Notes: generated by a model from the sequence alone, not told the origin. A DNA stretch of 52,385 nucleotides from an uncultured bacterium (GCA_903934015.1 CAIZMI010000041.1:1-52385); one strand, 5' to 3'; shown: positions 16,761 through 26,593, counted from the first letter of the stretch. Numbers and translations: made by a program.

Positions 16761-17731
16761 TGCGCATGAATATTTTTTATCCTGTTCAGTTTTTTGCGGA
16801 TTTTCTTGTTTACCGTTTGATTAATCTTGATCCGGCTTCTCGTTTGGGTGAAGTGGTAAACTATTTTGTTTTTGACTCGGTAAAAATATTGTTGATGCTA
16901 TTGGTAATTATTTTTATTGTTTCTCTGCTTCGTACTTTTATTCCACCCGAACGAACCAGGCAGATATTGTCTGGAAAGAATACTCTGTTGGGCAATCTAA
17001 CAGCTGCGCTCTTTGGCATTATTACTCCTTTTTGTACCTGTAGTGCGATCCCGCTCTTTTTGGGTTTTATACAGGCGGGCGTCCCGCTTGGTGTGACATT
17101 TTCTTTTCTGGTTTCATCGCCAATGATTAACGAGGTTGCGCTCGTTCTGTTGCTTGGTTCATTTGGACCCAAGGTGGCGTTGATTTATGTCACAAGTGGC
17201 TTGATAATCGCGACATTATCAGGATATATAATTGGTAAAATGAAGTTGGATGGTTTGGTGGATGATTCTGTTCTCAGTCAGACAAGGCCAGCGCAGTTTT
17301 ATGGTTTCAAACAAAGTTGGAAACAAAGAGTAGTATATTCGTGGGCATATTCTCTCGGGATTCTAAAAAAGGTTTTGCCATATGTTTTGGTCGGTATTGC
17401 GCTTGGCGCATGGATTCATGGATACGTGCCCGCAGAGTTTTTGGCGCGTTGGGTGGGTGGTAACAATTGGTATGCCGTGCCACTGGCAACATTAATTGGT
17501 GTTCCGCTTTACTCAAATGCCGCCGGGGTTATACCGCTCGTTAGTGTGCTTACAGAGAAGGGAGTCGCGATGGGCACGACACTCGCATTCATGATGGCCG
17601 TGACAGGGCTTTCGCTTCCCGAGTTTATGATTTTAAAGAAAGTAATGAAAACCAAACTCCTTGTAATTTTTGCTACCATAGTGGCGATAGGGATTATTTT
17701 TACGGGTTATCTTTTTAACGCAATTCTTTAG
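16760..17731 (+). CDS. COG0701-family permease (ArsP-like) with a conserved CTC motif
   Basis: Polytopic membrane protein with PFCTCSAIPLF. Genes of this family are typically adjacent to the thioredoxin_3 gene. Confidence 0.55.
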   Translation: MRMNIFYPVQFFADFLVYRLINLDPASRLGEVVNYFVFDSVKILLMLLVIIFIVSLLRTFIPPERTRQILSGKNTLLGNLTAALFGIITPFCTCSAIPLFLGFIQAGVPLGVTFSFLVSSPMINEVALVLLLGSFGPKVALIYVTSGLIIATLSGYIIGKMKLDGLVDDSVLSQTRPAQFYGFKQSWKQRVVYSWAYSLGILKKVLPYVLVGIALGAWIHGYVPAEFLARWVGGNNWYAVPLATLIGVPLYSNAAGVIPLVSVLTEKGVAMGTTLAFMMAVTGLSLPEFMILKKVMKTKLLVIFATIVAIGIIFTGYLFNAIL

Positions 17732-17799
17732 TTGGTAAGTGATTTGGTTTGATGATTAACTGAGGATGTAATTTATAACTAATCCAGTATAATCACCGT

Positions 17800-19269
17800 A
17801 TGGCTAAGACAATAAAGGATTTAGTTCTCCGTTTGCGTGGACATCAAGGTAATTTGATTGCCGGAGTCTTGTTGTTAATAATGTTGTTGATACTACTTTC
17901 GCCGACGTTCAAGAGCAGACGGTCGGTTGAAGTGCTTTCAAAAAGCGAACCTTTTGTTTTGGTGCCAAAAGTGCCTGTTGCGAATAAAGTGCTGGTTCCG
18001 GTTGGGAAGATTGATTATTTTTTCGTTTGGGTTGACGAGGGGGTGGCGGAAAATAAATTAAAGCCGGTCGATTTTGAATCAGTGGAGCTGGCCGTGATTG
18101 CACCTGATGGACGCAATTTACTTAAGGTGACAAAACCAAAACTAATTAAGCGGGAGGATAATGCGGCGTTGCAGTTTTCTTTTCCCACGATTAGCGTTGA
18201 CGACGCCGAAATATACTCACTTGTTTTGGAGCAGACCGGAAATGGAAAAATAAAAGTGCGAATACCAAATAATGACCAAATCAAAAGCGGTGAAACAATA
18301 GCCATCGCACTGCAATTAGCCGAAAGAAAAAATTGGTTAACTTCGATGCTTGATAAAATTTACTCCGAAAATATCGCGAAGGATGATATTTCAATGTATT
18401 TACATCGCGGGTTGCAGATTGTGCAAGGGAAAAATCCATATTCGTGCGCGATTGAGACGACGGAAGCGTGTATGGGGTATCCGGCGCATTTACCAGGGAT
18501 GTATCTGGTGGCGGCCGGTTTCGCAAAATTCGGGGTTGATGATTTAGTGAGGTGGGCACAAGTGTGGCGGCCGATTATGATTCTAACCTGGCTCAGTATT
18601 GGGGCCATACTGGCAATTTATTCTTATCGAAAAGGACGACCAATTTTGGCCGTAGCCATTTTAGGTTTTTGGTTGTTTAATCGGTGGTCGGTGAATGTGG
18701 CCCAAATTGCTCATACGGATTTTCTTGGTGTTTTGTTTTTGCTATTAGCAATTATCTTGGTGAATCGAATGCCGGCCTTGGCAGCCTTGTTCCTTGGAAT
18801 TTCTATTTCTGTAAAACAGCTTGCTATTTTGATTGTTCCTATTTTCATTGTCTATTTGTGGCGCCATAAAAAAGTGAAATTCTCCAAATTATTTTTACAT
18901 CTTGTTCTCGTATTTATTGTTCCTGCCCTGATTACGTTACCGTTTTTTATTAATGATCCAAGTGCTGTTACGAAGGCGCTTCTAAATGTTACTGAACGCT
19001 CGGCGCAATCAGTGCATGGCTTCGCGCCATCAATGGATCAGTTGCTGGATGTGACAAATAATAGCAAATCGTTTCTGATGCTGTTTATCGTTGGTGCTGT
19101 TTATGTTGCGGGCTGGCGGAAAGAAGTTAATTTAGTTGCGGGAACATTACTAATTATGGCGATTGTTATGGGCTTCACATCCGTATTGTACAACCAGTAT
19201 TTTGTCTGGCTACTTCCGTTTATCGCTTTAGTCGTGGTCGATTTTAGTGTGCGAGATAAGTTTGATTGA
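17800..19269 (+). CDS. Polytopic membrane protein, possibly a GT-C-fold glycosyltransferase (DUF2029/GT87-like)
   Basis: 489 aa with >10 TM helices and an extracytoplasmic loop. The family call is tentative. Confidence 0.35.
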   Translation: MAKTIKDLVLRLRGHQGNLIAGVLLLIMLLILLSPTFKSRRSVEVLSKSEPFVLVPKVPVANKVLVPVGKIDYFFVWVDEGVAENKLKPVDFESVELAVIAPDGRNLLKVTKPKLIKREDNAALQFSFPTISVDDAEIYSLVLEQTGNGKIKVRIPNNDQIKSGETIAIALQLAERKNWLTSMLDKIYSENIAKDDISMYLHRGLQIVQGKNPYSCAIETTEACMGYPAHLPGMYLVAAGFAKFGVDDLVRWAQVWRPIMILTWLSIGAILAIYSYRKGRPILAVAILGFWLFNRWSVNVAQIAHTDFLGVLFLLLAIILVNRMPALAALFLGISISVKQLAILIVPIFIVYLWRHKKVKFSKLFLHLVLVFIVPALITLPFFINDPSAVTKALLNVTERSAQSVHGFAPSMDQLLDVTNNSKSFLMLFIVGAVYVAGWRKEVNLVAGTLLIMAIVMGFTSVLYNQYFVWLLPFIALVVVDFSVRDKFD

Positions 19270-19341
19270 TTTTTTCAGTCGTTGATTTATGGGAAAAATT
19301 AAAGTTTGTATTCTCAAAAAAATAGGTGTTAAAATAAAGAG

Positions 19342-19896
19342 ATGAGGAAAGTGGTATTGGCGAGCATGAATATTGTCTTGATGGTAGCTTTTATAATTGT
19401 TGCTAAACCGGTTTTTGCGCACCGTTCCGGATGCCACAATTTGCACACATGTCCTTCGGATAACAAAACATATGTTTGTGGCGATTTGGGGTATCCGTGT
19501 GATGGATCTACGAGCGCGGAGAAAATTTCAATTAAACAAATTAGTGTTCCCCTGGTTATTGAAAAAGCATTTCTTGATACTTTTGGCCGTAAACCAACTG
19601 ACTTCGAAAGTGCTTATTGGAAAAATCGTTTTCGCAACGATAAAGATGGTTTGTATAAAATACGGAGAACCATGAAGTGGTATGAATCGGTTGGCTCTTT
19701 TGGACCGAAAGTTTCTGTGAGTGTTGCGAAGGCAAGACTTGTAAAAAACATGAATTCTATTTTTGCCAGTGTCTATGGTCGACAGCCTTCTGAATCTGAG
19801 AATAAGTATTGGTTAACGAGGTTAATCGACAAAACAACGGAGGAGACTTTAGTAAACACGATGCAGTATCATCGCGTAAACAATTTGGTTCACTAA
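19342..19896 (+). CDS. Secreted Cys-rich protein with two DUF4214 repeats
   Basis: Signal peptide, CxxxxxC cluster, and repeats FLDTFGRKPTDFESAYW and IFASVYGRQPSESENKYW. Confidence 0.55.
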   Translation: MRKVVLASMNIVLMVAFIIVAKPVFAHRSGCHNLHTCPSDNKTYVCGDLGYPCDGSTSAEKISIKQISVPLVIEKAFLDTFGRKPTDFESAYWKNRFRNDKDGLYKIRRTMKWYESVGSFGPKVSVSVAKARLVKNMNSIFASVYGRQPSESENKYWLTRLIDKTTEETLVNTMQYHRVNNLVH

Positions 19897-19945
19897 TGTG
19901 TTTGCAAAAATTTTAAAAACAAATAATTTTGCTATACTGTAAAAG

Positions 19946-22408
19946 ATGTGTTTGCGAGATAAAAAGGTCTTAGTGATAAGGGAATTATTTACCCTATTTT
20001 TTGTCGTGAGTGTGTTTTTGGGATTGTCTGCAAAACAGGTATCAGCCGCGGACTGGACCGGAGAGTATTGGAATCTGTCCGCGTTTTCCGGTGCATCTCC
20101 CGCATTTCCAAGTGGGGTGCCAACATTAACCCGCACCGATTCAACGATAAATTTTGATTGGGGGATGGGGTCGCCTGATTCGTCTATTAATGTTGATGAT
20201 TTTGCGACACGTTGGACAAAGACATTGGATATGGCGGGTGGTTCATATACATTTACAACCAATTCTGATGATGGAGTACGCTTTTATATGGATGGTAATT
20301 TATTACTTTCGTCTTGGATCGATCAGGCGCCGGCCGTAAATAGTGTAACGACTACTGTTACGGCGGGCAGTCACACATTAAAAGTTGAATATTATGAAAA
20401 CGGCGGTGGGGCCGTTATACAATTTTCCTATGATTCTCCGCCGGGAGTTTCTTCTTTTTCGCCGGCCACCGGGGCAACCGGTGTAGTCCCAACTTCCAAC
20501 TTGGTTGTAACATTTAGTGAAAATATTACGGCGGTATCGGGAAAGAATATTGCAATTAAGAAAACCGAAGACGATACGACAGTGGAAACAATTTCTGCCA
20601 ACGATACCGGGAAAGTGTCAGTGAGTGGCGCTATTGCAACAATTAATCCGGCCACCGTATTATCTGATTTGACGGGGTATTATGTACTGATTGACAGCGG
20701 AGCATTCAAAGACAGTGCCAATAAAATTTTTGCCGGAATTTCCGCAAAAACAGATTGGGCTTTTACGACGGCCGATACATCCGCTCCGCTTGTTTCCATC
20801 CTTACTCCTGCCAATTCCGCAACTTCGGTAGCTCCATCGGCAAATTTGGTTTTGGCATTTAATGAAAATATTACAGCGGTTGCCGGTAAAAACATTACGA
20901 TCAAAAAGAAGTCCGATGTGTCGGATGTGGAAGTAATTTCCGCCAATGACACCGGAAAAGTGACGGTAAGCGGAAATACGGCAAGTATCAATCCCGCAAC
21001 AGTCTTGGATGATCTGACACAATATTATGTCTTGACGGACAGCGGTGCTTTTAAAGACACGGCAAACAATTCCTTTGCCGGTATAGCTGATTCAACTGTT
21101 TGGGGGTTTACCACGGCAGATTCTACCGCGCCGACTGCGGTGGCGTTGGTGCCGGTTAGTGGGAGTTTAGGTGTGACCCTTGGCGCGAATCTTTCGATTG
21201 AGTTTAATGAGCCGATAGTTGTCGGTGCAGGCAATGTGCGGATATTTGCGAAAAATTCTGACGTTGAAATTGCAACAATTGATGTTACCGGTGCCGGAGT
21301 GACAAATAATGGTTCGGGAATAATCGCTATCAATCCGTCTGCTGATTTGCAGTATCAAACAGATTATTACGTAAAAATTGATGGAACAGCTTTTGTTGAT
21401 ACTGCGAGTAATGCTTACGCAGGAATTTCCGATAAAACAACTTGGGTGTTTACAACCGTTGTGGCGCCGGCTGTGGTATTGGATGGCAACAACGGGTCTG
21501 GTGATAAACAAGAAAACGAACGACCTGATCCGGTACAATCTCTAGCTTCTTTTGAAAATAAAGCAGTTAGTTCAACGGGGGAGGTGCCAAAAATCGAAGT
21601 TGTTACCGGCGAGAAATTTGTATTAAAAATCAAAGCCCCGGATTCTGATCAAGTAAAATCTGTTGTGGTAAAAATTGACAATAAAGCATATCGTCTTGTT
21701 CTTGATAAGAACGATCCTAAAAATCCTTTTTTTGCAATTAAATTACTGCTTGATAAACCTGGAAAATATTCGTATAGCGCAGTGACGGATTATGGTTCAA
21801 CGGTGCGCAGGAGTAAGGGCGTGGTTTTGGTGGGAGAAAAAAAGAAAGAAATTGTTGCAACTCCAAAACCGCGGGTGGTGGTAAAAAAAGAAAAAACTAA
21901 AATTGCTGTTGATAAGCCAACGGCTGTTTCGCTAAATAAAACCGAATCAGTTACGGGCAAAAATTTAGTTGCCATCCCACAATCGGCACCCAAGACGGTT
22001 AAAGAAGTCGTGTCAAAAATTTCTTGGTTTAATCGCACGGTATCTAAAATTTCTTCTGCCTCGCGAGTAGTAACTGGTTTTGTTAGTGGTAGTGGAAATA
22101 AAATAGTCAGTCTTTTCGAGAAGAAGCCGGCTCACATTTATCGAACAGTCACTGTAAAGCTGGCGACGGCTGAAGGTGTCCCGCTGGTGGGCGCAACGGT
22201 CACGTTGTTTTCTGATCCAAAAACATCAGTTTCTAATCAGGATGGAAAAGCAGAGTTTCATGATATAGAAGCGGGGAAACATAAATTGCAGATCGATTAT
22301 CAGGGTTACAAGAGCAAACAATCACTTGAGATCACGGAACCCGTTACGGAGGTAACGATTAATGTAACTGCAAACTTAAATAAGGGTTGGCGTTTTCTAG
22401 GATTTTAG
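19946..22408 (+). CDS. Giant secreted surface protein (820 aa). PA14 N-domain, four tandem Ig-like domains, and the same conserved C-terminal module as 7490-10252.
   Basis: PA14-like region (GEYW...SDDGVRFYMDGNLL...LKVEYYENGGGAVIQFSY). Repeats span nt ~20435-21470. The C-terminal regions (KAPDSDQVK...; FEKKPAHIYRTVTVKL...EITEPVTEVTIN) are ~70-75% identical to the first giant gene. Confidence 0.7.
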   Translation: MCLRDKKVLVIRELFTLFFVVSVFLGLSAKQVSAADWTGEYWNLSAFSGASPAFPSGVPTLTRTDSTINFDWGMGSPDSSINVDDFATRWTKTLDMAGGSYTFTTNSDDGVRFYMDGNLLLSSWIDQAPAVNSVTTTVTAGSHTLKVEYYENGGGAVIQFSYDSPPGVSSFSPATGATGVVPTSNLVVTFSENITAVSGKNIAIKKTEDDTTVETISANDTGKVSVSGAIATINPATVLSDLTGYYVLIDSGAFKDSANKIFAGISAKTDWAFTTADTSAPLVSILTPANSATSVAPSANLVLAFNENITAVAGKNITIKKKSDVSDVEVISANDTGKVTVSGNTASINPATVLDDLTQYYVLTDSGAFKDTANNSFAGIADSTVWGFTTADSTAPTAVALVPVSGSLGVTLGANLSIEFNEPIVVGAGNVRIFAKNSDVEIATIDVTGAGVTNNGSGIIAINPSADLQYQTDYYVKIDGTAFVDTASNAYAGISDKTTWVFTTVVAPAVVLDGNNGSGDKQENERPDPVQSLASFENKAVSSTGEVPKIEVVTGEKFVLKIKAPDSDQVKSVVVKIDNKAYRLVLDKNDPKNPFFAIKLLLDKPGKYSYSAVTDYGSTVRRSKGVVLVGEKKKEIVATPKPRVVVKKEKTKIAVDKPTAVSLNKTESVTGKNLVAIPQSAPKTVKEVVSKISWFNRTVSKISSASRVVTGFVSGSGNKIVSLFEKKPAHIYRTVTVKLATAEGVPLVGATVTLFSDPKTSVSNQDGKAEFHDIEAGKHKLQIDYQGYKSKQSLEITEPVTEVTINVTANLNKGWRFLGF

Positions 22409-22428
22409 ACGATCAGGTATTTTTTAAC

Positions 22429-22995
22429 ATGACGTCAGTTACTCATCAACTTGTTGCGCTTACTGCGGGGTCGCTTGTGTTGGTTACTCACCCGCAAACA
22501 AGTGGGCCCGCTTTGGCCACAATTGTTGTTATTGCTGTTATGGTCGGAGCGCTAACGCCGGACCTAGATCAGCCGGCTGCTAATTTAGGAAATCGGTTGT
22601 TGGGTGCGCGTGTGGTGGGGAAAATTGCCAATCAATTTTCCGGAGGACATCGGCATTTTACCCATTCAATTTTGGGGCTTTTGGCCATCGGTTATGGTTT
22701 GCATTGGATAATCAATCATTGGCTGGCACCCGGCATGGCAAATAGTGCGCAATTTGTGTGGTGGGCGTTTATGATTGGTTATGTCAGTCACATCGTCGCG
22801 GATACTTTTACTGATCGCGGGGTACCGTGGTTGTGGCCATTGCCGTGGCATTTTCAAATTCCGCCCGGTCCAGCCGTTTTTCGTGTGACAACGGGGAGTT
22901 TTGTAGAGGTGTTGATTTTGCGCGGTGGGTTGATTATTTTTCTGGCGATTTTATTAAGATCTAACATGGCTATCTTTCTGAATTTTTGGAAATAA
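22429..22995 (+). CDS. Membrane-bound metal-dependent hydrolase (YdjM/DUF457 family)
   Basis: Starts MTSVTHQLVALTAG, as YdjM proteins do; conserved His and Asp residues in TM segments. Confidence 0.5.
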   Translation: MTSVTHQLVALTAGSLVLVTHPQTSGPALATIVVIAVMVGALTPDLDQPAANLGNRLLGARVVGKIANQFSGGHRHFTHSILGLLAIGYGLHWIINHWLAPGMANSAQFVWWAFMIGYVSHIVADTFTDRGVPWLWPLPWHFQIPPGPAVFRVTTGSFVEVLILRGGLIIFLAILLRSNMAIFLNFWK

Positions 22996-23510
22996 AACTG
23001 GATTACGATATACTTAAATCAAACAAATATATGAAAAGACCAATTACCCTGGAACAACATAAGAAAACTAAAAAAGAGATTGAAAACATGAGCGTAAGGG
23101 TTTTGAGTGTTAATGAGCGCGCGTTGAATCGATTAAGTGATATCTTAGGATCGTCTTGGACGGTGTATTTATTCACGCTTATTGCTATTGTGGCGCTTAC
23201 ACAGGTTAGAACGTTAATGGAGTTGATTCAGTGGTTTAGTCAAACTTTAGTACAGTTTGTTGCATTAGCGATTATTCAGGGACATTCCAATTTACAAAGC
23301 AAAAAAGATGAAAGACGAACAAAAATGATGGTTAAGATCTTTGCTGAAAATGAACGTGATATTCATCATTTATTGCGTCATCAAGATTATCAGAATCAGC
23401 AAATCGATAGGCTTCTGAAAGAAATTAAGTCTATCAAAGTCGTTGCGAAATCGAAACCGTCAGATAAAATTGAATCGAAAGAAGAGCCAAAAGAATCTTC
23501 TGAAAATTAA
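22986..23510 (+). CDS. DUF1003 membrane protein
   Basis: LGSSWTVYLFTLIAIVAL...QFVALAIIQGHSNLQSKKDERR fits DUF1003. The true start may be an internal Met (23031 or 23088). Confidence 0.45.
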   Translation: MEIKLDYDILKSNKYMKRPITLEQHKKTKKEIENMSVRVLSVNERALNRLSDILGSSWTVYLFTLIAIVALTQVRTLMELIQWFSQTLVQFVALAIIQGHSNLQSKKDERRTKMMVKIFAENERDIHHLLRHQDYQNQQIDRLLKEIKSIKVVAKSKPSDKIESKEEPKESSEN

Positions 23511-23548
23511 AAAACCGCCAAGTGATACTTGGCGGGGTTCCGGTGTTG

Positions 23549-24709
23549 TTATCGGGGGAGGTTTGCAAGGAGATCGACTTTTTGAGGCTCTTCTCCCTGT
23601 TTAATGACGGAGTAGAAGCGACCATCGTGCAGATCACTGAGGATGTTGAGGAAAACATGAATGGCGTAACGGATCACCATTATGTAATCTTGCGCATCGC
23701 ATTCGCGAACCATAGTTTCAAGAGTCTCTTGTTGATGTTTTGACCATGTGACCTGAATCGGCCGATCTCCCGGTGGTGTGCCTGGTTGTTGATGTGATAG
23801 GCCTCCAAGGTATATACCTCCCATCGAGTAGTCTCCCGCACTGCAGACGATGCGGTATCCTTGTTTGTGCCAAGACATTAATTCCGCAAAAACATTCACT
23901 GTTGCGTGGACGATCGTTTCGAGTGTTGGCAATGTCGGTGCTAGTGATGCCCCTTCTGCGTACATGGCAATTTGTTCCAGAATAATTCGATCGCGTCGAT
24001 AGAGTGGCAACATTTCCGTTTTGTAGTCGGCGTCGACCGCACTGATTCGGAATTGGCAGGTGGGTGTGCCCCACCAGATTTTTTCACGACATCGACGAGG
24101 GTGGCGTGGTACTTGTTCAAGTGTATGACTCAGTGAAAGACCGTAATCAAACTCGCCTTCATACAAAGTAATGTACGCTACTTCGTTCTTGTAATTCCGA
24201 TCATTGAATCGGGAACTCCCCAAAAGGATGGCACGACCGAACGAAACCAGAGCTGGTTTTTGAGCGAGCAGTGCTACACCCTCATCGATTGTCAATTGGG
24301 AACGGTGTGGTGTTTTTACTGAAAGCCCACCGCTGTCAGGAAATTGGATTTTTGTGTTTTCTCCGTCCTCGACATCAATCAGCAGATACCAGTTTGTTGG
24401 TGGTAATTTGACTACAGTGTTTAGATCTTTTGGGTCAAAGCTCCTAATACTCTCTTCCCAATTTCGCTGGTTGATGACTTGTAATTGATCAGGCAAAGGC
24501 ATTTTTTCGTCAGTGATCACCAGTAAGATAGGTAAATTCTTTTCCGGGATTTCGATGTCGACAATTCGTGAAAGTTGGTTGCGCAACGGTTGGAGCGCAT
24601 CCTTAAACTCATCGGTTGTCATGCCGAGTGCTTGCGGATAACCGAGTACGATCAATTGGTTCATCTGGTTTGTGAATTTGGCGTTAAGAGAAGTGAGTAG
24701 CCATTTCAT
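23549..24709 (-). CDS. Hypothetical protein (~387 aa) with elevated GC relative to its neighbours
   Basis: Long ORF. Start placed at the internal Met (MKWLLTSL...), which gives a ~150-bp divergent spacer to the TrmB gene. No recognised motifs. Confidence 0.45.
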   Translation of the reverse strand: MKWLLTSLNAKFTNQMNQLIVLGYPQALGMTTDEFKDALQPLRNQLSRIVDIEIPEKNLPILLVITDEKMPLPDQLQVINQRNWEESIRSFDPKDLNTVVKLPPTNWYLLIDVEDGENTKIQFPDSGGLSVKTPHRSQLTIDEGVALLAQKPALVSFGRAILLGSSRFNDRNYKNEVAYITLYEGEFDYGLSLSHTLEQVPRHPRRCREKIWWGTPTCQFRISAVDADYKTEMLPLYRRDRIILEQIAMYAEGASLAPTLPTLETIVHATVNVFAELMSWHKQGYRIVCSAGDYSMGGIYLGGLSHQQPGTPPGDRPIQVTWSKHQQETLETMVRECDAQDYIMVIRYAIHVFLNILSDLHDGRFYSVIKQGEEPQKVDLLANLPR

Positions 24710-24861
24710 AACTATTCTCCTTGCAGATTGTGAAAGAACAAACAGAAACAATCGGTACGCTACAAGGATTGCTTTTTCGTGCAATAAGGTCTATAAATAA
24801 AGACAAGCTGGAAGCAATAATACTAATAATCAGCCAATATAAGCCAATTAATACTATTAAA

Positions 24862-25626
24862 ATGTTGTCGAAAAATATGTACGAAAAGGATTTGATTGCC
24901 GTAGGTCTCGATGAAAAACAAGCCAAAGTATATTTGGCATCTTTGGAATTGGGTCCGGCCTCAGTTCCTGTGATTGCTCGTTAGGCCGGTATTAAGCGTA
25001 CAACTGCCTATGGCATCCTTGATGAGTTGGTCACGCAAGGTTTGGTAAATACCGGTTTTAAGAAGAAAACTAAATTATTTATTGCGCAGGATCCAACGCA
25101 ATTGGTTTCCATTCTCAAGGAACGACAACGAAAGATTGAGAGTATTTTGCCAGAGCTTTCTGATTTGTATTCTACAAACAACGTGCGTCCCAAAATTACT
25201 TATTTTGAAGGGCGCGATGGCGTGCGGAAAATTTATGACGATATTCTGGATTGTCGCGAGAAACAAGTTAAGCAGATCGTCAAAGCACGCGATCACGCAA
25301 TTGCGGTCGGTGAGGATTTTATTAATGAGTATGTAAGGAAGCGCGTATTACGCGGCATTACGGCATATGATTTACATCCCAAATCTGGAGATATTTATAC
25401 CGCTGAACGGGGCATGGAAAATTCCAAACTAAAACGTTTTGTCCGTTATTTACCCCCGTCGGTTTTCTATGCGTCGATGATTATGATTTATGACAATAAA
25501 GTGGCGATGGTTTCCACCAAGAAAGAAAACTTCGGTTTTATTATGGAGAGCAGGGAGTTTGCAAGTACTTTGGGTGCGTACTTTGACCTAATGTGGAAAC
25601 TTGGGTCGACTATGCCGGAAGCGTAG
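24862..25626 (+). pseudogene. TrmB-family transcriptional regulator interrupted by a single in-frame TAG (24985-24987)
   Basis: LDEKQAKVYLASLELGPASVPVIAR*AGIKRTTAYGILDELVTQGLV reads through as a canonical TrmB HTH. The upstream and downstream ORFs are in the same frame, and the C-terminal domain continues to 25626. Confidence 0.55.
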
Positions 25627-25692
25627 GCTGTGGTTTGACTTTATTGGGAGCAATGAACAGAATGAGTTATAACCTTAAATAAATCTACATAT

Positions 25693-26262
25693 ATGGAAAA
25701 CACTAATCAACCAACGTCTCCAGCAACCGCGCCTAAAAGCAATAAAACAGCAATTATTGTTGTTATTGCGGTTGTAGTTTTGCTAATTGTCGGCGGCAAC
25801 ATGGTTAAAGGATATTTCGGCCGTAAAATGAGCGAAAAAATCGGTGAGCGTCTTGGTGAGAAAATTTTGGAAAAAGGAACGGGAGGAAAAGTGGATATTG
25901 ATAACGGTTCCGTCACATTCACTGGCAAAGAAGGAAAGATGGAAGTTGGAACATCCGCAAAATGGCCGGAAGATATGCCAACAGATGTGCCAAACTTTTC
26001 GGCTGGTGAAATTACTGCCGCGGTGAGAATTAATAATCCCAGCACAAACGGTTGGTCTGTGATAATTAAAGACGTGGAAGCCGGAAGCGTTGGCGACTAT
26101 ACGAAGCAACTTGAAACGGCTGGTTGGAAAACAGTTAGTCAGGTGAATTTTGGCGCCGCGATGTATCAGCTTGAGAAGGGCGATTACAAACTGAATATCG
26201 CCTACGACGAGACTTCAAAAGGAATAAACTTGATGGTAGAAAATACGAAAAAGACAAATTAG
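25693..26262 (+). CDS. Membrane-anchored hypothetical protein
   Basis: N-terminal TM anchor followed by a soluble domain; no recognised motifs. Confidence 0.45.
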   Translation: MENTNQPTSPATAPKSNKTAIIVVIAVVVLLIVGGNMVKGYFGRKMSEKIGERLGEKILEKGTGGKVDIDNGSVTFTGKEGKMEVGTSAKWPEDMPTDVPNFSAGEITAAVRINNPSTNGWSVIIKDVEAGSVGDYTKQLETAGWKTVSQVNFGAAMYQLEKGDYKLNIAYDETSKGINLMVENTKKTN

Positions 26263-26411
26263 ATCAGTAATATAAAAAGTGAGGTGAAATACAGCTCACT
26301 TTTTTATTTGAGTTCGTAATAATCATGTGAGTATTGGTGTGATTAGAAAGAAGGTAGCTACTGACCCGTATGAAAGAATGTAGTTTTTATTAAGTACTTG
26401 AAAAACCATAA

Positions 26412-26490
26412 CCCTCGAGGCATCGGGGGTCCAAAACGTGGATTCCCGTTGTCACTATTCGACCCCGAGCTCATGGTCGAGGGGCGGGAA
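26412..26490 (+). repeat. GC-rich nested inverted repeat / candidate structured RNA
   Basis: CCCTCGA..CGGGGGTC...GACCCCG..TCGAGGG, plus ATTCCCG...CGGGAAT arms of the same kind as the hairpin-repeat family. Confidence 0.35.
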
Positions 26491-26593
26491 TGGGTGATTT
26501 GGATAAAGTTTGATTGTAGTTAAGAATATTTTTCATTGGAGTGAGTAGATACGAAGTAAAGACAGGTGTTGGGTGGTGTGATAGTTTGTAGAT

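Noticed and set aside
23522-23985. Small plus-strand ORFs 23522-23743 and 23773-23985
   Set aside because: They overlap, antisense, the long GC-rich minus-strand gene 23549-24709.
24985-24987. Alternative genetic code (stop-codon reassignment) as the explanation for the in-frame TAG in the TrmB gene
   Set aside because: TAG, TGA and TAA all terminate clearly homologous genes elsewhere in the window. For example TAG ends the NUDIX and membrane genes inside the boundary motif, and TGA ends the P-loop kinase. A nonsense lesion or a base-call error is more parsimonious.
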